A stretch of DNA of 56,403 nucleotides from Bacteroidales bacterium (GTDB lineage Bacteria; Bacteroidota; Bacteroidia; Bacteroidales; VadinHA17). Positions 24,801-32,942 of the stretch are shown here, in pieces (position 1 is the stretch's first letter; each line of letters starts with the position of its first letter). The DNA is taken from the NCBI GenBank assembly GCA_027067975.1, contig JAMOUS010000060.1, positions 1 to 56,403 on the forward strand, read 5' to 3'. The notes under the pieces were generated by a model. That model saw only the letters and a list, made by a program, of their open reading frames with translations, was not told where the DNA came from and made no database searches. Made by a program: the position numbers and the translations under genes.

Positions 24801-25101
24801 AGACACCCAGTCCGCCCCCGTCGGTACCGAACCAGATGTTGCCTTTATGATCACACAGCAGCGTATTGACATAGTTGTCCGGCAACCCTTCCGTGGAATA
24901 AAAGCTCCTGAACTCTCTCCCGTCGAAACGGGCCGCCCCCACCTGCGTGGCAAACCAAAGATATCCCTGCTTGTCCTGGATGATGTCGAACACCGAGTTC
25001 TGCGGCAGTCCATTGTGAATGTTGTAATTGTCGAATGGAATACGTTGGGCTTCCAGCGACAGAGTGAACGTCAGCAACAGTAATGGCAGCAGCTTCTTCA
25101 T
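21838..25101 (-). CDS. Periplasmic two-component-regulator-propeller/Y_Y_Y sensor fused through one TM helix and a coiled coil to a PP2C (SpoIIE-type) phosphatase
   Basis: ORF 21838..25272; start chosen at MKKLLPLLLLTFTLSLEAQ (ATG 25101). There are many repeats of the type GLPQNSVFDIIQDKQGYLWFAT. TM helix: WFIILMVVLAIYLIYLII. Coiled coil: REKQLIREKRILEEKVRERTREIEKQKSEIEKQRDQI. SpoIIE core: AKRIQSAVLP...SGDFYWF...AADCTGHGVPGAFMSMLG...FSDGYADQFGG. Confidence 0.85.
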   Translation of the reverse strand: MKKLLPLLLLTFTLSLEAQRIPFDNYNIHNGLPQNSVFDIIQDKQGYLWFATQVGAARFDGREFRSFYSTEGLPDNYVNTLLCDHKGNIWFGTDGGGLGVYNGLEIRTLNRAKGLISDQVEELHEDRRYNIWVRTHYGVSKILRGDSVVSYDQHNGLLHNNVICMFEDTLGRMWFGTQTGVTIIDGDSLRNLDLGDVIWGIDQDRQGNYWIATQTHGIYRYDGRGFRHFTVEDGLASNIVISIYVDRHDRVWCGTYQGGVSMYDGKRFVTHRENGLANEVIMGFYEDSRGILWCRPNEDGIYRLVDGRFRHLDKKNGLVDNYVLKIFEDNQQNLWFGTLGGGVSEYAKFTFEVYQDVDGLPDNSVFSVAVDRDGNVWAGTNAGVVRFDGQHFTAWDKEQGLPDYTVTHILQDRRGDIWTSSYATLSRIRDGRITNYSDTSVLNQKIIYDLALDEHDGIWCATEEGVYYFRQGRFNAPLRNEAVQRLKIPGVLYHQGVLWLATRDGLFRYDTQKKRLRRYTVREGLPSNKCRDVARDTKGGLWVATDGGLGHLEPVDTGYHITALTTRDGLASNTIYFVIDDGLGRIWAGHEKGLNRIDLESEKIRFFGSLEGFTPLETNQGAVALGRDHQLWIGTVAGLAHWDPRYERKHSSPPVTFLRRILLFNKDIDLTDYCDSIDPVTHLPVNLVLPFNKNTITFEYIGIHYTIPQKIRYRYFLKNYDQDWSDPVASNRVTYKKIPPGQYTFMVKAVNAEGVWNEKPYTFSFRIHPPFYQSTWFIILMVVLAIYLIYLIIKIREKQLIREKRILEEKVRERTREIEKQKSEIEKQRDQIAQQNREIKDSIHYAKRIQSAVLPDERILAESVKEYFILFRPRDIVSGDFYWFYRYENYLVVAAADCTGHGVPGAFMSMLGMSLLNEIMNKDRIFEAHRILNKLRDYIKLMLGQTGKTDEAKDGMDMALVVIDLEKRIMQYAGAYNPLILIRDGKLIEYKGDKMPIGIQVNEKESFTNHVIEIREDDRFYIFSDGYADQFGGPDGAKFKTRPFKNLLLKIHQLPMDEQKRILEQTLLDWKGDEPQIDDILVIGIRL

Positions 25102-25186
25102 CCGGACCTTTATGATGTGATAAAGATAAAAAAAATAGAAAAGATGAGGAGGGATCTTTCCTCTCGTAAGATGCAACCGAGAAGAA

Positions 25187-25217
25187 ACCAAAAAAGCAGC
25201 CGGCCGGCTGCTTTTTT
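25187..25217 (-). terminator. Rho-independent (bidirectional-looking) terminator after the galK-symporter operon
   Basis: The perfect palindrome AAGCAGCCGG/CCGGCTGCTT (25193-25212) is flanked by an A-run and a T-run. It lies ~35 nt downstream of the minus-strand stop at 25250. Confidence 0.85.
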
Positions 25218-25249
25218 GGTGGGTATGATCTTCCATCCCAGAAGCGGTA

Positions 25250-25474
25250 TCATTCTCCGGAAGCTTCAGCATCTTCCTTGCCGCGGCTCAGCCATGCCAG
25301 CACCAGCATGAAAAGGCCGAAGACCAGCATGAAAAGACCGGTCCAGAGATTGATGTTGATATTCAGGGAACGTTCGTACATGGCATCACCGTTCGTGGCA
25401 AGACCGTAAACGGTAAGAAGGGCTCCCAGGATGGAGAAAAGCATTCCGATCGGTATTTTGATATCCAGTCCCAT
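25250..25474 (-). CDS. Small two-TM membrane protein
   Basis: 74-aa ORF with two hydrophobic helices (IPIGMLFSILGALLTVYGL; LWTGLFMLVFGLFMLVLAWL). It starts 24 nt downstream of the symporter gene and lies upstream of the terminator. Confidence 0.55.
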   Translation of the reverse strand: MGLDIKIPIGMLFSILGALLTVYGLATNGDAMYERSLNININLWTGLFMLVFGLFMLVLAWLSRGKEDAEASGE

Positions 25475-25498
25475 GGTTCAAATTTTTTAATGTTTTTT

Positions 25499-27250
25499 TT
25501 ACCAGAAGATGATCGTCAGGATGATGGCGATAAGGCCCACGATGATGGCCAGGAACTCCGGAGATTTGACGAAGGGCACCCCTTCGGTGGAGACTTTGGG
25601 GGTGAGGGAATAAACCAGTCCTTTCAATTCTTCGTCGCTCTTTTGCTGACGGGTCATCAGGGAGATGACGACCGTGAGCACGAGGGCCAGGGAGAAGGCG
25701 AAGATGGCGGTCCAGAAGTTCTGTGCCATTTCGCTAGGGTAAGTGTGGACGACGGTGCCGAGCCAACCGCCTTTCACCAACGAGGTGGCGCCGGAAGGCT
25801 GAGTGAGACCGTGGTGAACGGCGGCGATGAAAGTCCCTGACAACAGACCGTAGAACGCCCCGTGGCCGGTGGTGCGCTTCCAGAACATACCCATCAGGAA
25901 GGTGGCGAAGAGCGGAGCGTTGATGAAGGCGAAGATCAACTGCAGGAAGTCCATCACATTGTTGAACACCCTCGCCACATAGGCCGTGAGGATACTCAGC
26001 AACACTCCGATGACGGTGGTCCACTGCCCCACCTTCAGGTAGTGCTCGTCGGATCCTTTCGAATAGATATAGCTTTGATAGATGTCATAAGTCCATACCG
26101 TGTTGAAGGCCGTGACATTGCCGGCCATCCCCGACATGAAACTTGCAAAGAGCGCGGTGATCCCCAGACCGAGGAGACCGATGGGATAGTAGGTCTTCAG
26201 CAACATGGGGATGACGGTGTCGTAATTATAGCTGTCGCCTTTGAGCGGCAAAGAGAAGCTGATATTGGGGTCGACGGTCATGGCAATGGCGATCATCCCG
26301 GGGAGAATCACCAAAAAGGGGATGAACATCTTGGGGAAGGCGCCGATGAGGGGGGTCTTGCGGGCGGCTGTCATGTCGCCGGCGGCCATGGCGCGCTGCA
26401 CCACGAGGAAGTTGGTCCCCCAGTAGCCGAACGAGAGGACGAAGCCCAGGCCCATGATCAAACCGAACCACTCCACCCCCATGGGGTTGGCGTCGGCACT
26501 GCCCATGAACTTCCACGTATGGGTCCAGGCCCCCGGCTGATAGCCGTTGGTGACGGCTACCACATCCAGTTGCTGTTTGAGACCTTCCCAGCCGCCGATA
26601 TGAATGAGGGCGAGAATGACCAAGGGTGTGAAACCCAGCACGATCAGGAAGAACTGTAGCACCTCGTTGTAGATGGCCGAGGAGAGCCCCCCCAGATAGG
26701 TGTAGATCAACACGATCAGGGCCGAAATGAAAAGATAAACATCAAAAGGGGTCATATGCCATCCCAGCACGTTGAGCTCAAACTGGAAAGGCAGTATGGT
26801 CTGGGCCAACAACGCCAGGGCATACATCGAGATGCCCGAGGAGAAGATGGTCATCAAAGCGAAAGAGAAAGCGTTGAAGCCCCTGGTCTTCTCATCGAAA
26901 CGCAGCTTGAGGTACTCCGGCACCGACCGGGCCTTTGAGCCGTAATAGAAGGGCATCATAAAGATGGCCAGGAAGATCATGGCGGGGATGGCCCCCAGCC
27001 AGTAGAAGTGGACCGTCGTAGCGCCGTACTTGGCGCCCGAGGCGGCCATGCCGATCACCTCCAGGGCTCCCAGGTTGGCCGAGATAAAAGCCAGACCTGT
27101 CACCCAGGCAGGCAGGGAGCGCCCTGCCTCCAGAAAAGCTTTCGACGACTTCATGAACTTTTTCAGGGCCCATCCGATGCCCAGTACAAAGGCGAAGTAG
27201 ATGATGATGATGGCGTAATCAACCCATCCGAGCATGAACGAATTTTCCAT
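25499..27250 (-). CDS. Sodium:solute symporter (SSS/SGLT family), probable Na+/galactose-glucose transporter
   Basis: 583-aa polytopic ORF. N-terminal GRSLPAWVTGLAFISANLGALEVIGMAASGAKYG is typical of the SSS family. It is immediately downstream of galK. Confidence 0.9.
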   Translation of the reverse strand: MENSFMLGWVDYAIIIIYFAFVLGIGWALKKFMKSSKAFLEAGRSLPAWVTGLAFISANLGALEVIGMAASGAKYGATTVHFYWLGAIPAMIFLAIFMMPFYYGSKARSVPEYLKLRFDEKTRGFNAFSFALMTIFSSGISMYALALLAQTILPFQFELNVLGWHMTPFDVYLFISALIVLIYTYLGGLSSAIYNEVLQFFLIVLGFTPLVILALIHIGGWEGLKQQLDVVAVTNGYQPGAWTHTWKFMGSADANPMGVEWFGLIMGLGFVLSFGYWGTNFLVVQRAMAAGDMTAARKTPLIGAFPKMFIPFLVILPGMIAIAMTVDPNISFSLPLKGDSYNYDTVIPMLLKTYYPIGLLGLGITALFASFMSGMAGNVTAFNTVWTYDIYQSYIYSKGSDEHYLKVGQWTTVIGVLLSILTAYVARVFNNVMDFLQLIFAFINAPLFATFLMGMFWKRTTGHGAFYGLLSGTFIAAVHHGLTQPSGATSLVKGGWLGTVVHTYPSEMAQNFWTAIFAFSLALVLTVVISLMTRQQKSDEELKGLVYSLTPKVSTEGVPFVKSPEFLAIIVGLIAIILTIIFW

Positions 27251-27318
27251 TTGCCAGCGGTTTTTGGTTTCAGGTTAGAAAATCATTTAATTAGCCTCTC
27301 CTGACCCGGTATATGTTG

Positions 27319-28509
27319 TCATTCAATTCTTTTCGCACCGTCGCCCACTTCGGCCACGTAAAAATCGGCCTTGAGACCGGTCTTGGCATTGTAGGCCTTG
27401 TCAAGTTGTTCGATGAAGGCATCGGTTCTGTCTTTTTCGACGAGGCTGACCGTACATCCGCCGAAACCTGCGCCGGTCATGCGTGCACCCAGCACACCCT
27501 CGATTTGGCGGGCTTCGTCGACAAGGGTGTCGAGTTCGATGCCGGTCACCTCATAGTTGTCGCGCAGGGAGGCGTGGGATTCGTACATCAGCTCGCCGAA
27601 CCGTTTGAGGTCGCCCTTCTTGAGGGCATGGATCGCCTCCAGCACTCGGGCATCCTCGGAGATCACATGGTAAGCCCTGCGGCGGACGGTCTCGTCGGGG
27701 ATCAGATGCTGCAACCGCTCGAACTCGGCCAGGGAGAGCTCACCCAGGTTGCGGATGGGCTTCTCGCGACGGATATATTCCACTGCCTTCTCACATTCGG
27801 CCCTGCGCTCGTTGTATTTCGAGTCGGTGAGCTTGCGCTGCTTGTTGGTGTTGGTGATCACCAGGCGGTGGTCCTTCAGCTTGAGCGGCACCAGCTCATA
27901 GTCGAGCGTGTCACAGTTGAGAAAGACCGCATGGTTGGCTTTCCCCATCCCGACGGCAAACTGGTCCATGATGCCGCAGTTCATGCCGACGAACTCGTTC
28001 TCGGCACGCTGAGAGATCTTCACCAGGTCGAGCCGTGACAGGGAGGTACCGGTAAGGTCGTTGAGCGCATCGGCCGTGACCATCTCGATCGAAGCCGACG
28101 AAGAGAGCCCTGCCCCGTTGGGAATATCCCCCGAAAAAAGCATGTCGAAGCCGGCAGGCTCCATGCCCTGATCGATCATTTCGTTGATCACCCCCAAAGG
28201 ATAGTTGACCCACTGGTCGTCCACCTTCTCCGAGAGACGGTCGAGCGGAACCTCCGTACGGAAATCGAAGTTGGTGCTGGCAAAACGGACGACTCCCTCG
28301 TCGTTGGGACGGATCACCAAATAGGTGCCGAAATTGAGCGCACAAGGAAAAACATAGCCTCCGTTGTAATCCGTATGTTCCCCGATGAGATTGACCCTCC
28401 CCGGAGCGAAATAGACCGCAGGGGTCTTCCCCCTTTCGCCGTATAACGAGAAGAAACGCTCCTTCAGTTCTTTCAGATCGACCATGCTTTCTTGATTAGG
28501 CGTTGGCAA
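27319..28509 (-). CDS. galK: Galactokinase
   Basis: 396-aa ORF with the galactokinase signature GRVNLIGEHTDYNGGYVFPCA and the GHMP ATP motif PNGAGLSSSASIE. An alternative start at Met9 (28485) is possible. Confidence 0.95.
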   Translation of the reverse strand: MPTPNQESMVDLKELKERFFSLYGERGKTPAVYFAPGRVNLIGEHTDYNGGYVFPCALNFGTYLVIRPNDEGVVRFASTNFDFRTEVPLDRLSEKVDDQWVNYPLGVINEMIDQGMEPAGFDMLFSGDIPNGAGLSSSASIEMVTADALNDLTGTSLSRLDLVKISQRAENEFVGMNCGIMDQFAVGMGKANHAVFLNCDTLDYELVPLKLKDHRLVITNTNKQRKLTDSKYNERRAECEKAVEYIRREKPIRNLGELSLAEFERLQHLIPDETVRRRAYHVISEDARVLEAIHALKKGDLKRFGELMYESHASLRDNYEVTGIELDTLVDEARQIEGVLGARMTGAGFGGCTVSLVEKDRTDAFIEQLDKAYNAKTGLKADFYVAEVGDGAKRIE

Positions 28510-28525
28510 TCCAGATTCAGGGATA

Positions 28526-28533
28526 CAAAAGTA
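28526..28533 (-). promoter_or_regulatory. Candidate Bacteroidota -7 promoter box (TACTTTTG) for galK
   Basis: The minus strand reads TACTTTTG, an exact TAnnTTTG match, 16 nt upstream of ATG 28509. No clean -33 TTTG is present. Confidence 0.35.
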
Positions 28534-28764
28534 AAACTATTTGGAAAATAACCTCGACCGCCACGGAAAAATTGAAAAAGGTCAGGAACGGCCGGACGGA
28601 TGAGATCAGGATATCCCCCGCGGCCGTGGCAGATACGGCTGTCGGAGAGAATCAGAAGATCGTACAACCGTTCAACTTGCCAGGAGAACCTATGCCTTCC
28701 GTATTGAGCCGGAGATGCAATAACCCTTCCAGGCAAACAGGATGAGGGGAAGCGAATTCGGTAT

Positions 28765-29196
28765 TTATTTCGTGACGCTCACGGGAAATTCTATGCGTGT
28801 CTGTTCCGGATTGAGAAATTCCAGGATATAGAGGCCAGGGCGAGGGAAAATATGACGGTAAGTAACTTCCTGGGGAACCGCAAAACACAAACAGGGCTTA
28901 TCGGTGGCAACGAAGGCAAAAGCTTTTATATAGACGATGTTCCCTTGGGAGGTGGACTGGACCTTTACCACTTGTTGACAACTGTTGGAGCGGGGACAGA
29001 TGATCTTGAGGACCAGTGTATCGCCTCTTGGGGTTGTATGTGGGCCTTCGACGCGGAGGATGGGCCAGTGATGCAGTCCGTCGGGGACAGGGAGAAGAGT
29101 CTCGGGGTCTGCCGCTTTTTTACAAGATGGCAGAAGTACAAAAACGTTGAGGACCGCCCCCAAAAGGGCCAAAGATGAAAGAGGGAGCTTTGTCAT
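28765..29196 (-). CDS. Hypothetical lipoprotein
   Basis: 143-aa ORF with signal peptide and lipobox-like LLPSC. No family recognised. Confidence 0.6.
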   Translation of the reverse strand: MTKLPLSSLALLGAVLNVFVLLPSCKKAADPETLLPVPDGLHHWPILRVEGPHTTPRGDTLVLKIICPRSNSCQQVVKVQSTSQGNIVYIKAFAFVATDKPCLCFAVPQEVTYRHIFPRPGLYILEFLNPEQTRIEFPVSVTK

Positions 29197-29206
29197 GATC
29201 GGAAGG

Positions 29207-29713
29207 TCAGAACTTTTTCACACGGAGATGGCAATAAGGGGTCCCCCCGGTCTTGTTGTAGTAATCCTGATGATACTCCTCGGCCGGCCAGAAAGGGACG
29301 GAGGCATCGAGGATGCGGGTGACCACATCGTACCCTTTCTCCCGGAGGAGGGCGATCAGGTTTTCGATGATCCTGCGTTCCTCTACATTGCTGCAAAAGA
29401 CGGCCGACATGTATTGTTCGCCGATGTCGGGTCCCTGTCCGTCAAGTTGGGTGGGATCGTGGATCTCGAAAAAGAATTTCGCAAGATCTTCGTAGGTGAT
29501 CCGTGCAGGATCATAGGTCACCTCGAGGGTTTCATAATGTCCAGTGGTACCGCTGCACACCTCTTCGTAGGAAGGATGCTCCTTATGTCCGCCCATATAG
29601 CCCACCCTTGCGGCCACTACGCCGGGAAGCTTGCGGAAAAGATGTTCCATCCCCCAGAAACATCCCCCCGCGAACCAGGCCGTTTTGAGACCCCGGGAAT
29701 CCTTTTCGTTCAT
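29207..29713 (-). CDS. msrA: Peptide-methionine (S)-S-oxide reductase
   Basis: 168-aa ORF with the MsrA active-site motif AGGCFWGMEHLF, plus GYMGG and ...YHQDYY. Confidence 0.95.
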   Translation of the reverse strand: MNEKDSRGLKTAWFAGGCFWGMEHLFRKLPGVVAARVGYMGGHKEHPSYEEVCSGTTGHYETLEVTYDPARITYEDLAKFFFEIHDPTQLDGQGPDIGEQYMSAVFCSNVEERRIIENLIALLREKGYDVVTRILDASVPFWPAEEYHQDYYNKTGGTPYCHLRVKKF

Positions 29714-29720
29714 ACCGGTG

Positions 29721-30062
29721 TCATTTGATCATGGTGAGGAGCATCTTGAAAGGTCCGGGGGCCGCAACGGCATGGGGGATATCCGCCGGCATCAGGATAC
29801 TTTCCCCGGACTCGAGCCGGTGTTTCTTCCCGCCGATGACGATCTCACCGATACCTTCGATCACCTGGACCAGCGCTTCATAAGGAGAAGAGTGTTCCGA
29901 AAGCCCTTCCCCGGCCGAAAAGGCGAACAGTGTAACATTGCCATGGTCGCTTTTGATGACCTGCTTACTGACGATGCCGCCGGATGTGTAATCGATCATC
30001 TCTCTGAGGCGGAGGATCCGTGCGGTTGGGAAGGTCACCTCTTCCTGCTGCTTTTTTCCCAT
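29721..30062 (-). CDS. Cupin-domain protein
   Basis: 113-aa ORF. Cupin motifs are present (..FSAGEGLSEHSSPYEALVQVIEG.. and ..GESILMPADIPHAV..). Confidence 0.8.
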   Translation of the reverse strand: MGKKQQEEVTFPTARILRLREMIDYTSGGIVSKQVIKSDHGNVTLFAFSAGEGLSEHSSPYEALVQVIEGIGEIVIGGKKHRLESGESILMPADIPHAVAAPGPFKMLLTMIK

Positions 30063-30128
30063 GATGAATCATTTTTGTTCTTCCGGGATCAAAATAATCC
30101 ATCTTCGCGGGAATATCAAGGAAAGGTA

Positions 30129-30155
30129 TAAAAAAAAAGCCGGCTCAGGCCGGCT
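30129..30155 (-). terminator. Rho-independent terminator after the PepSY-like lipoprotein gene
   Basis: AGCCGGC (30138-30144), loop TCAG, GCCGGCT (30149-30155). The plus-strand A-run at 30129-30138 is a T-run on the minus strand. It lies 18 nt after the stop at 30173. Confidence 0.85.
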
Positions 30156-30172
30156 TGCACGGAAAGGCTCCT

Positions 30173-30736
30173 TTATTTTTCCTGCTCCCCCTCCTTTTGT
30201 TCTTCCTCTTCTTTTTCAGCCTTTTCATGTTCTTCGGAAGCTTCCCCCACCTCTTCTTCCGCTTCCTTCTCTTCTTTTTGCTTGATCACCTTCCCGTTCT
30301 CATCGATAACAAGTTCGATCTCGATCCCCTCTTTTTTCAGCTCCACCTCATAGTTCTTCCCTTCGGGGGTTTCGCACAGTTCCACCTCTTCGATGGTATA
30401 ATCGCCCCATTCGGCCTCAAGAGTGTCCACCACCGCTGCCGGCAATTCGGTGTGTTCGATCTCCTGTTCGGTCTCTTTCCACGTACCGTCAGCAGCGAAC
30501 TCTGCCGACATTTTCTTACCGTCGAGGATAAACTCAGCCTCGTACACTCCCTCTTCTTCCTGCTCCCACTCTACCTGGGTGGCATTGGCGAACTTGGCCT
30601 GGAAGGCTTTTTCCACAGCTTCAGGAACCGCTTTGTTCTCTTTTTCTTCGGTTCCCTTTTTCTTGCCCTGGTTGCAGGACACCAGCATGATCCCTGCACT
30701 CAACAGCATGACGAGAAAGATCGTTGTCCTTTTCAT
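30173..30736 (-). CDS. PepSY-like (beta-lactamase-inhibitor-like) lipoprotein with acidic C-terminal tail
   Basis: 187-aa ORF with lipobox LVSC. There are two repeats of the type PEAVEKAFQAKFANATQVEWEQEEEGVYEAEF / LPAAVVDTLEAEWGDYTIEEVELCETPEGKNYEVEL. The tail is E/K-rich. Confidence 0.7.
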   Translation of the reverse strand: MKRTTIFLVMLLSAGIMLVSCNQGKKKGTEEKENKAVPEAVEKAFQAKFANATQVEWEQEEEGVYEAEFILDGKKMSAEFAADGTWKETEQEIEHTELPAAVVDTLEAEWGDYTIEEVELCETPEGKNYEVELKKEGIEIELVIDENGKVIKQKEEKEAEEEVGEASEEHEKAEKEEEEQKEGEQEK

Positions 30737-30939
30737 AGCTTTCTTGTTTTAGGTTATAGGTTAGGATTTTATTTGAAGTGAAGATAGAGAATTTTTTATT
30801 GACATACAATGTATTATTGAATCCCTTTAAGATTTTTTAACATTTTTTCTCACACTCCCTTCCGACGGGGAGAATTGTTCGGAAAAATTTGGATAAAGAA
30901 CATATGTTCACTATCTTTAAAGAGACAAAATCACATGCA

Positions 30940-31308
30940 ATGCGGATAGCGATCCCCACGAATGATCATGAGAAGATCGCCGGTCGCCTGAGCGAAGCGA
31001 GAGGGGTGATGGTATACCGGTTCGAGAAAGGAAAATTGCGGGGGCGGTTGTTTCGGTATTTCCGTTTTTGGAAGATTTTGCAGAATGAGGGGCTGAAAGA
31101 CCGCTTTTTCAGGCGTTTTTCGGAATGTTTTCGCGAATGTGACTGGCTGGTGGTGAAAGATATGCATCCAGGTCTGGAGGAATACCTCCGCAATTCGGGC
31201 ATTCGGATCCATCAGACCCAAAAAGAACGTTTGTCGGAGATCGTGGAAGAGATGTTCCAGCTCATCCATAATGAAGCATATGTACAGACTAAAGAAGTAT
31301 CACGGTGA
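30940..31308 (+). CDS. NifB/NifX/NifY-like (dinitrogenase FeMo-cofactor-binding fold) small protein
   Basis: ORF 30889..31308; start preferred at MRIAIPTNDHEKIAGRLSEARGVMVYRF, a typical N-terminus for this fold. The alternative start 30889 is not excluded. Confidence 0.5.
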   Translation: MRIAIPTNDHEKIAGRLSEARGVMVYRFEKGKLRGRLFRYFRFWKILQNEGLKDRFFRRFSECFRECDWLVVKDMHPGLEEYLRNSGIRIHQTQKERLSEIVEEMFQLIHNEAYVQTKEVSR

Positions 31309-31561
31309 CAGGGTCCAGTCGCTCACTTATGAGAAAGACGGACGCGCCGGGTCGGTTGGCATCATGGCTCCCGGCGCATATGAGTTCGGAGCTATGGAAA
31401 GAGAAAGTTTCACGGTGTGTGAGGGAGAGATTCGTGTGAAAGTGGGTGACGCTACCGAATGGAAAAGTTACGGCAAAGGGGAAACTTTCGTCATCCCCGA
31501 ACACGCCAACTTCAAGCTCCAGACCGACGACATTGCCACCTATTACTGCGTATACGGGTGA
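31271..31561 (+). CDS. ppnP: Pyrimidine/purine nucleoside phosphorylase PpnP (DUF1255/YaiE family)
   Basis: 96-aa ORF. ..KKYHGDRVQSLTY...GSVGIMAPGAYEFGAMERESFTVCEGEIRVKV.DATEWKSY.KGETFVIPEHANFKLQ...ATYYCVY aligns along its full length with E. coli YaiE. The likely true start is Met4 (31280). It overlaps the preceding gene by ~30 nt. Confidence 0.9.
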   Translation: MKHMYRLKKYHGDRVQSLTYEKDGRAGSVGIMAPGAYEFGAMERESFTVCEGEIRVKVGDATEWKSYGKGETFVIPEHANFKLQTDDIATYYCVYG

Positions 31562-31692
31562 CCCGTCTCTTCTCCGTGGGCGAACAGGTTAGCCTTTTGT
31601 TGTTCCGTGAAGGGAGGGTCTCTTTCGGAAGATTTTGGTTATTGAGGGATTTTTGTATTTTTCGGGTAACCATTCACAAAACCTGATCAACC

Positions 31693-32910
31693 ATGGAGAA
31701 GAACGATCGCAGAAGTTTTTTGCGCCGTAGTTTTTTGGGCCTGGCCGCCACGGTAACGGCAGGACGTTTGGTATATGCCGGAGGAAAAACGGAGCATGCC
31801 TTCCCCGTGGATAAAAATGACACTCCGTCCCTTATCACCCGCCGTTTGGGAAAGACGGACATGGTTGTGCCGGTGGTGAGCATGGGGGTGATGCGCGCCG
31901 ACAACCCCGCCCTCGTTCGCGCAGCTCTTGACAAAGGGATCCGCCTTCTCGACACCGCCCACACCTACCAGGGCGGCCGCAACGAAGAGATGCTCGGGAA
32001 GATCCTCAAAGATGTCCCCCGCAATTCCTATTATCTTGCCACCAAGGTAAAACCCGACGGATATGACAAGACAAAGGGGGATTTCACCGACGATGAAAAG
32101 GTAAAGCGCACTTTCCGGGAGAAATTCGAGATTTCCATGAAACGATTGGGCATCGGCTATGTGGACATTCTTTTCCTCCATGCCATCAACAGCCGGGCCG
32201 CAACACTCAATCGGGCGGTGCAGGAGGTGATGCAGGAGATCAAGGAAGAGGGTCGCACCCGCTACCTGGGGGTCTCTACCCACAGCCACGAGCCGGAGGT
32301 GATCCGCGCCGCCGTCGACAGCGGCGTGTATGATGTGGTGCTGGTGGCTTACAACTACCGCCAGGACCACAAGGATGAGATCCTGAAAGCCTTGGAGGAG
32401 GCCCACAAGGCCGGCATCGGCGTCATCGTGATGAAGACCATGGCCGGTGGCAGGCCCCCCAAGTCGGGACCTGCCCTCAGCATGGGCACCGCACTGAAGT
32501 GGTCGCTGCAGAGCGAATATGTGGCCACCTCCATCCCCGGCTTCACCTCGTTCGACCAGCTGGAGGAAGACATTGCCGTGGCACGCGACCTTACCTTCAC
32601 CGAGGAGGAGAAGCAGCTTATCGCCCAGGCCATGCGGGGCGACACGCTCTACTGCGACGCCTGCGACGAGTGTATCGATCAGTGTCCGCATGAACTGCCC
32701 ATCCCCGACCTGATGCGGGCCTATATGTACACTTACGGCTACCGGGAGACACGCAAGGCCCGCGAACTGCTCGACCACCTCGGCGTCACCCCCGGTGCCT
32801 GTGCCTCCTGCGACGAATGTACCGTCACCTGCCCCAAAGGCTTCGCCGTCGCCCGGAAGATAACCGATATCACACGCCTCCGCGAGATGCCGCAAGCATT
32901 CCTCACCTGA
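31693..32910 (+). CDS. Tat-signal aldo/keto reductase with C-terminal 2x[4Fe-4S]-type cysteine motifs
   Basis: 405-aa ORF. Twin-arginine signal: DRRSFLRRSFLGLAATVTAG. AKR core: LGKTDMVVPVVSMGVM...LDTAHTYQGGRNEEMLG. Two CxxCxxCxxxCP motifs are present (CDACDECIDQCP, CASCDECTVTCP). Confidence 0.85.
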   Translation: MEKNDRRSFLRRSFLGLAATVTAGRLVYAGGKTEHAFPVDKNDTPSLITRRLGKTDMVVPVVSMGVMRADNPALVRAALDKGIRLLDTAHTYQGGRNEEMLGKILKDVPRNSYYLATKVKPDGYDKTKGDFTDDEKVKRTFREKFEISMKRLGIGYVDILFLHAINSRAATLNRAVQEVMQEIKEEGRTRYLGVSTHSHEPEVIRAAVDSGVYDVVLVAYNYRQDHKDEILKALEEAHKAGIGVIVMKTMAGGRPPKSGPALSMGTALKWSLQSEYVATSIPGFTSFDQLEEDIAVARDLTFTEEEKQLIAQAMRGDTLYCDACDECIDQCPHELPIPDLMRAYMYTYGYRETRKARELLDHLGVTPGACASCDECTVTCPKGFAVARKITDITRLREMPQAFLT

Positions 32911-32942
32911 GAAGGATCCTCTATGCCCAACAGAAATACGAC

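Noticed and set aside
28540-28764. GC-rich inverted repeats (CGCCACGG...CCGTGGC, GGCCG...CGGCC) upstream of galK, considered as a possible riboswitch or terminator.
   Set aside because: The stems are short with ~30-50-nt loops and have no adjoining T-tract. They lie upstream of the best -7 promoter candidate, and no known riboswitch consensus was recognised.
30898-30909. The perfect 12-bp palindrome GAACATATGTTC upstream of the NifX-like gene, which matches the core of the Gram-positive Cheo/LexA box (CGAACRNRYGTTYC).
   Set aside because: By rough expectation (window length divided by 4^6), roughly a dozen perfect 12-bp palindromes are expected by chance in 56 kb. The downstream genes are not SOS-type, and I have no basis to assume this lineage uses that LexA motif.
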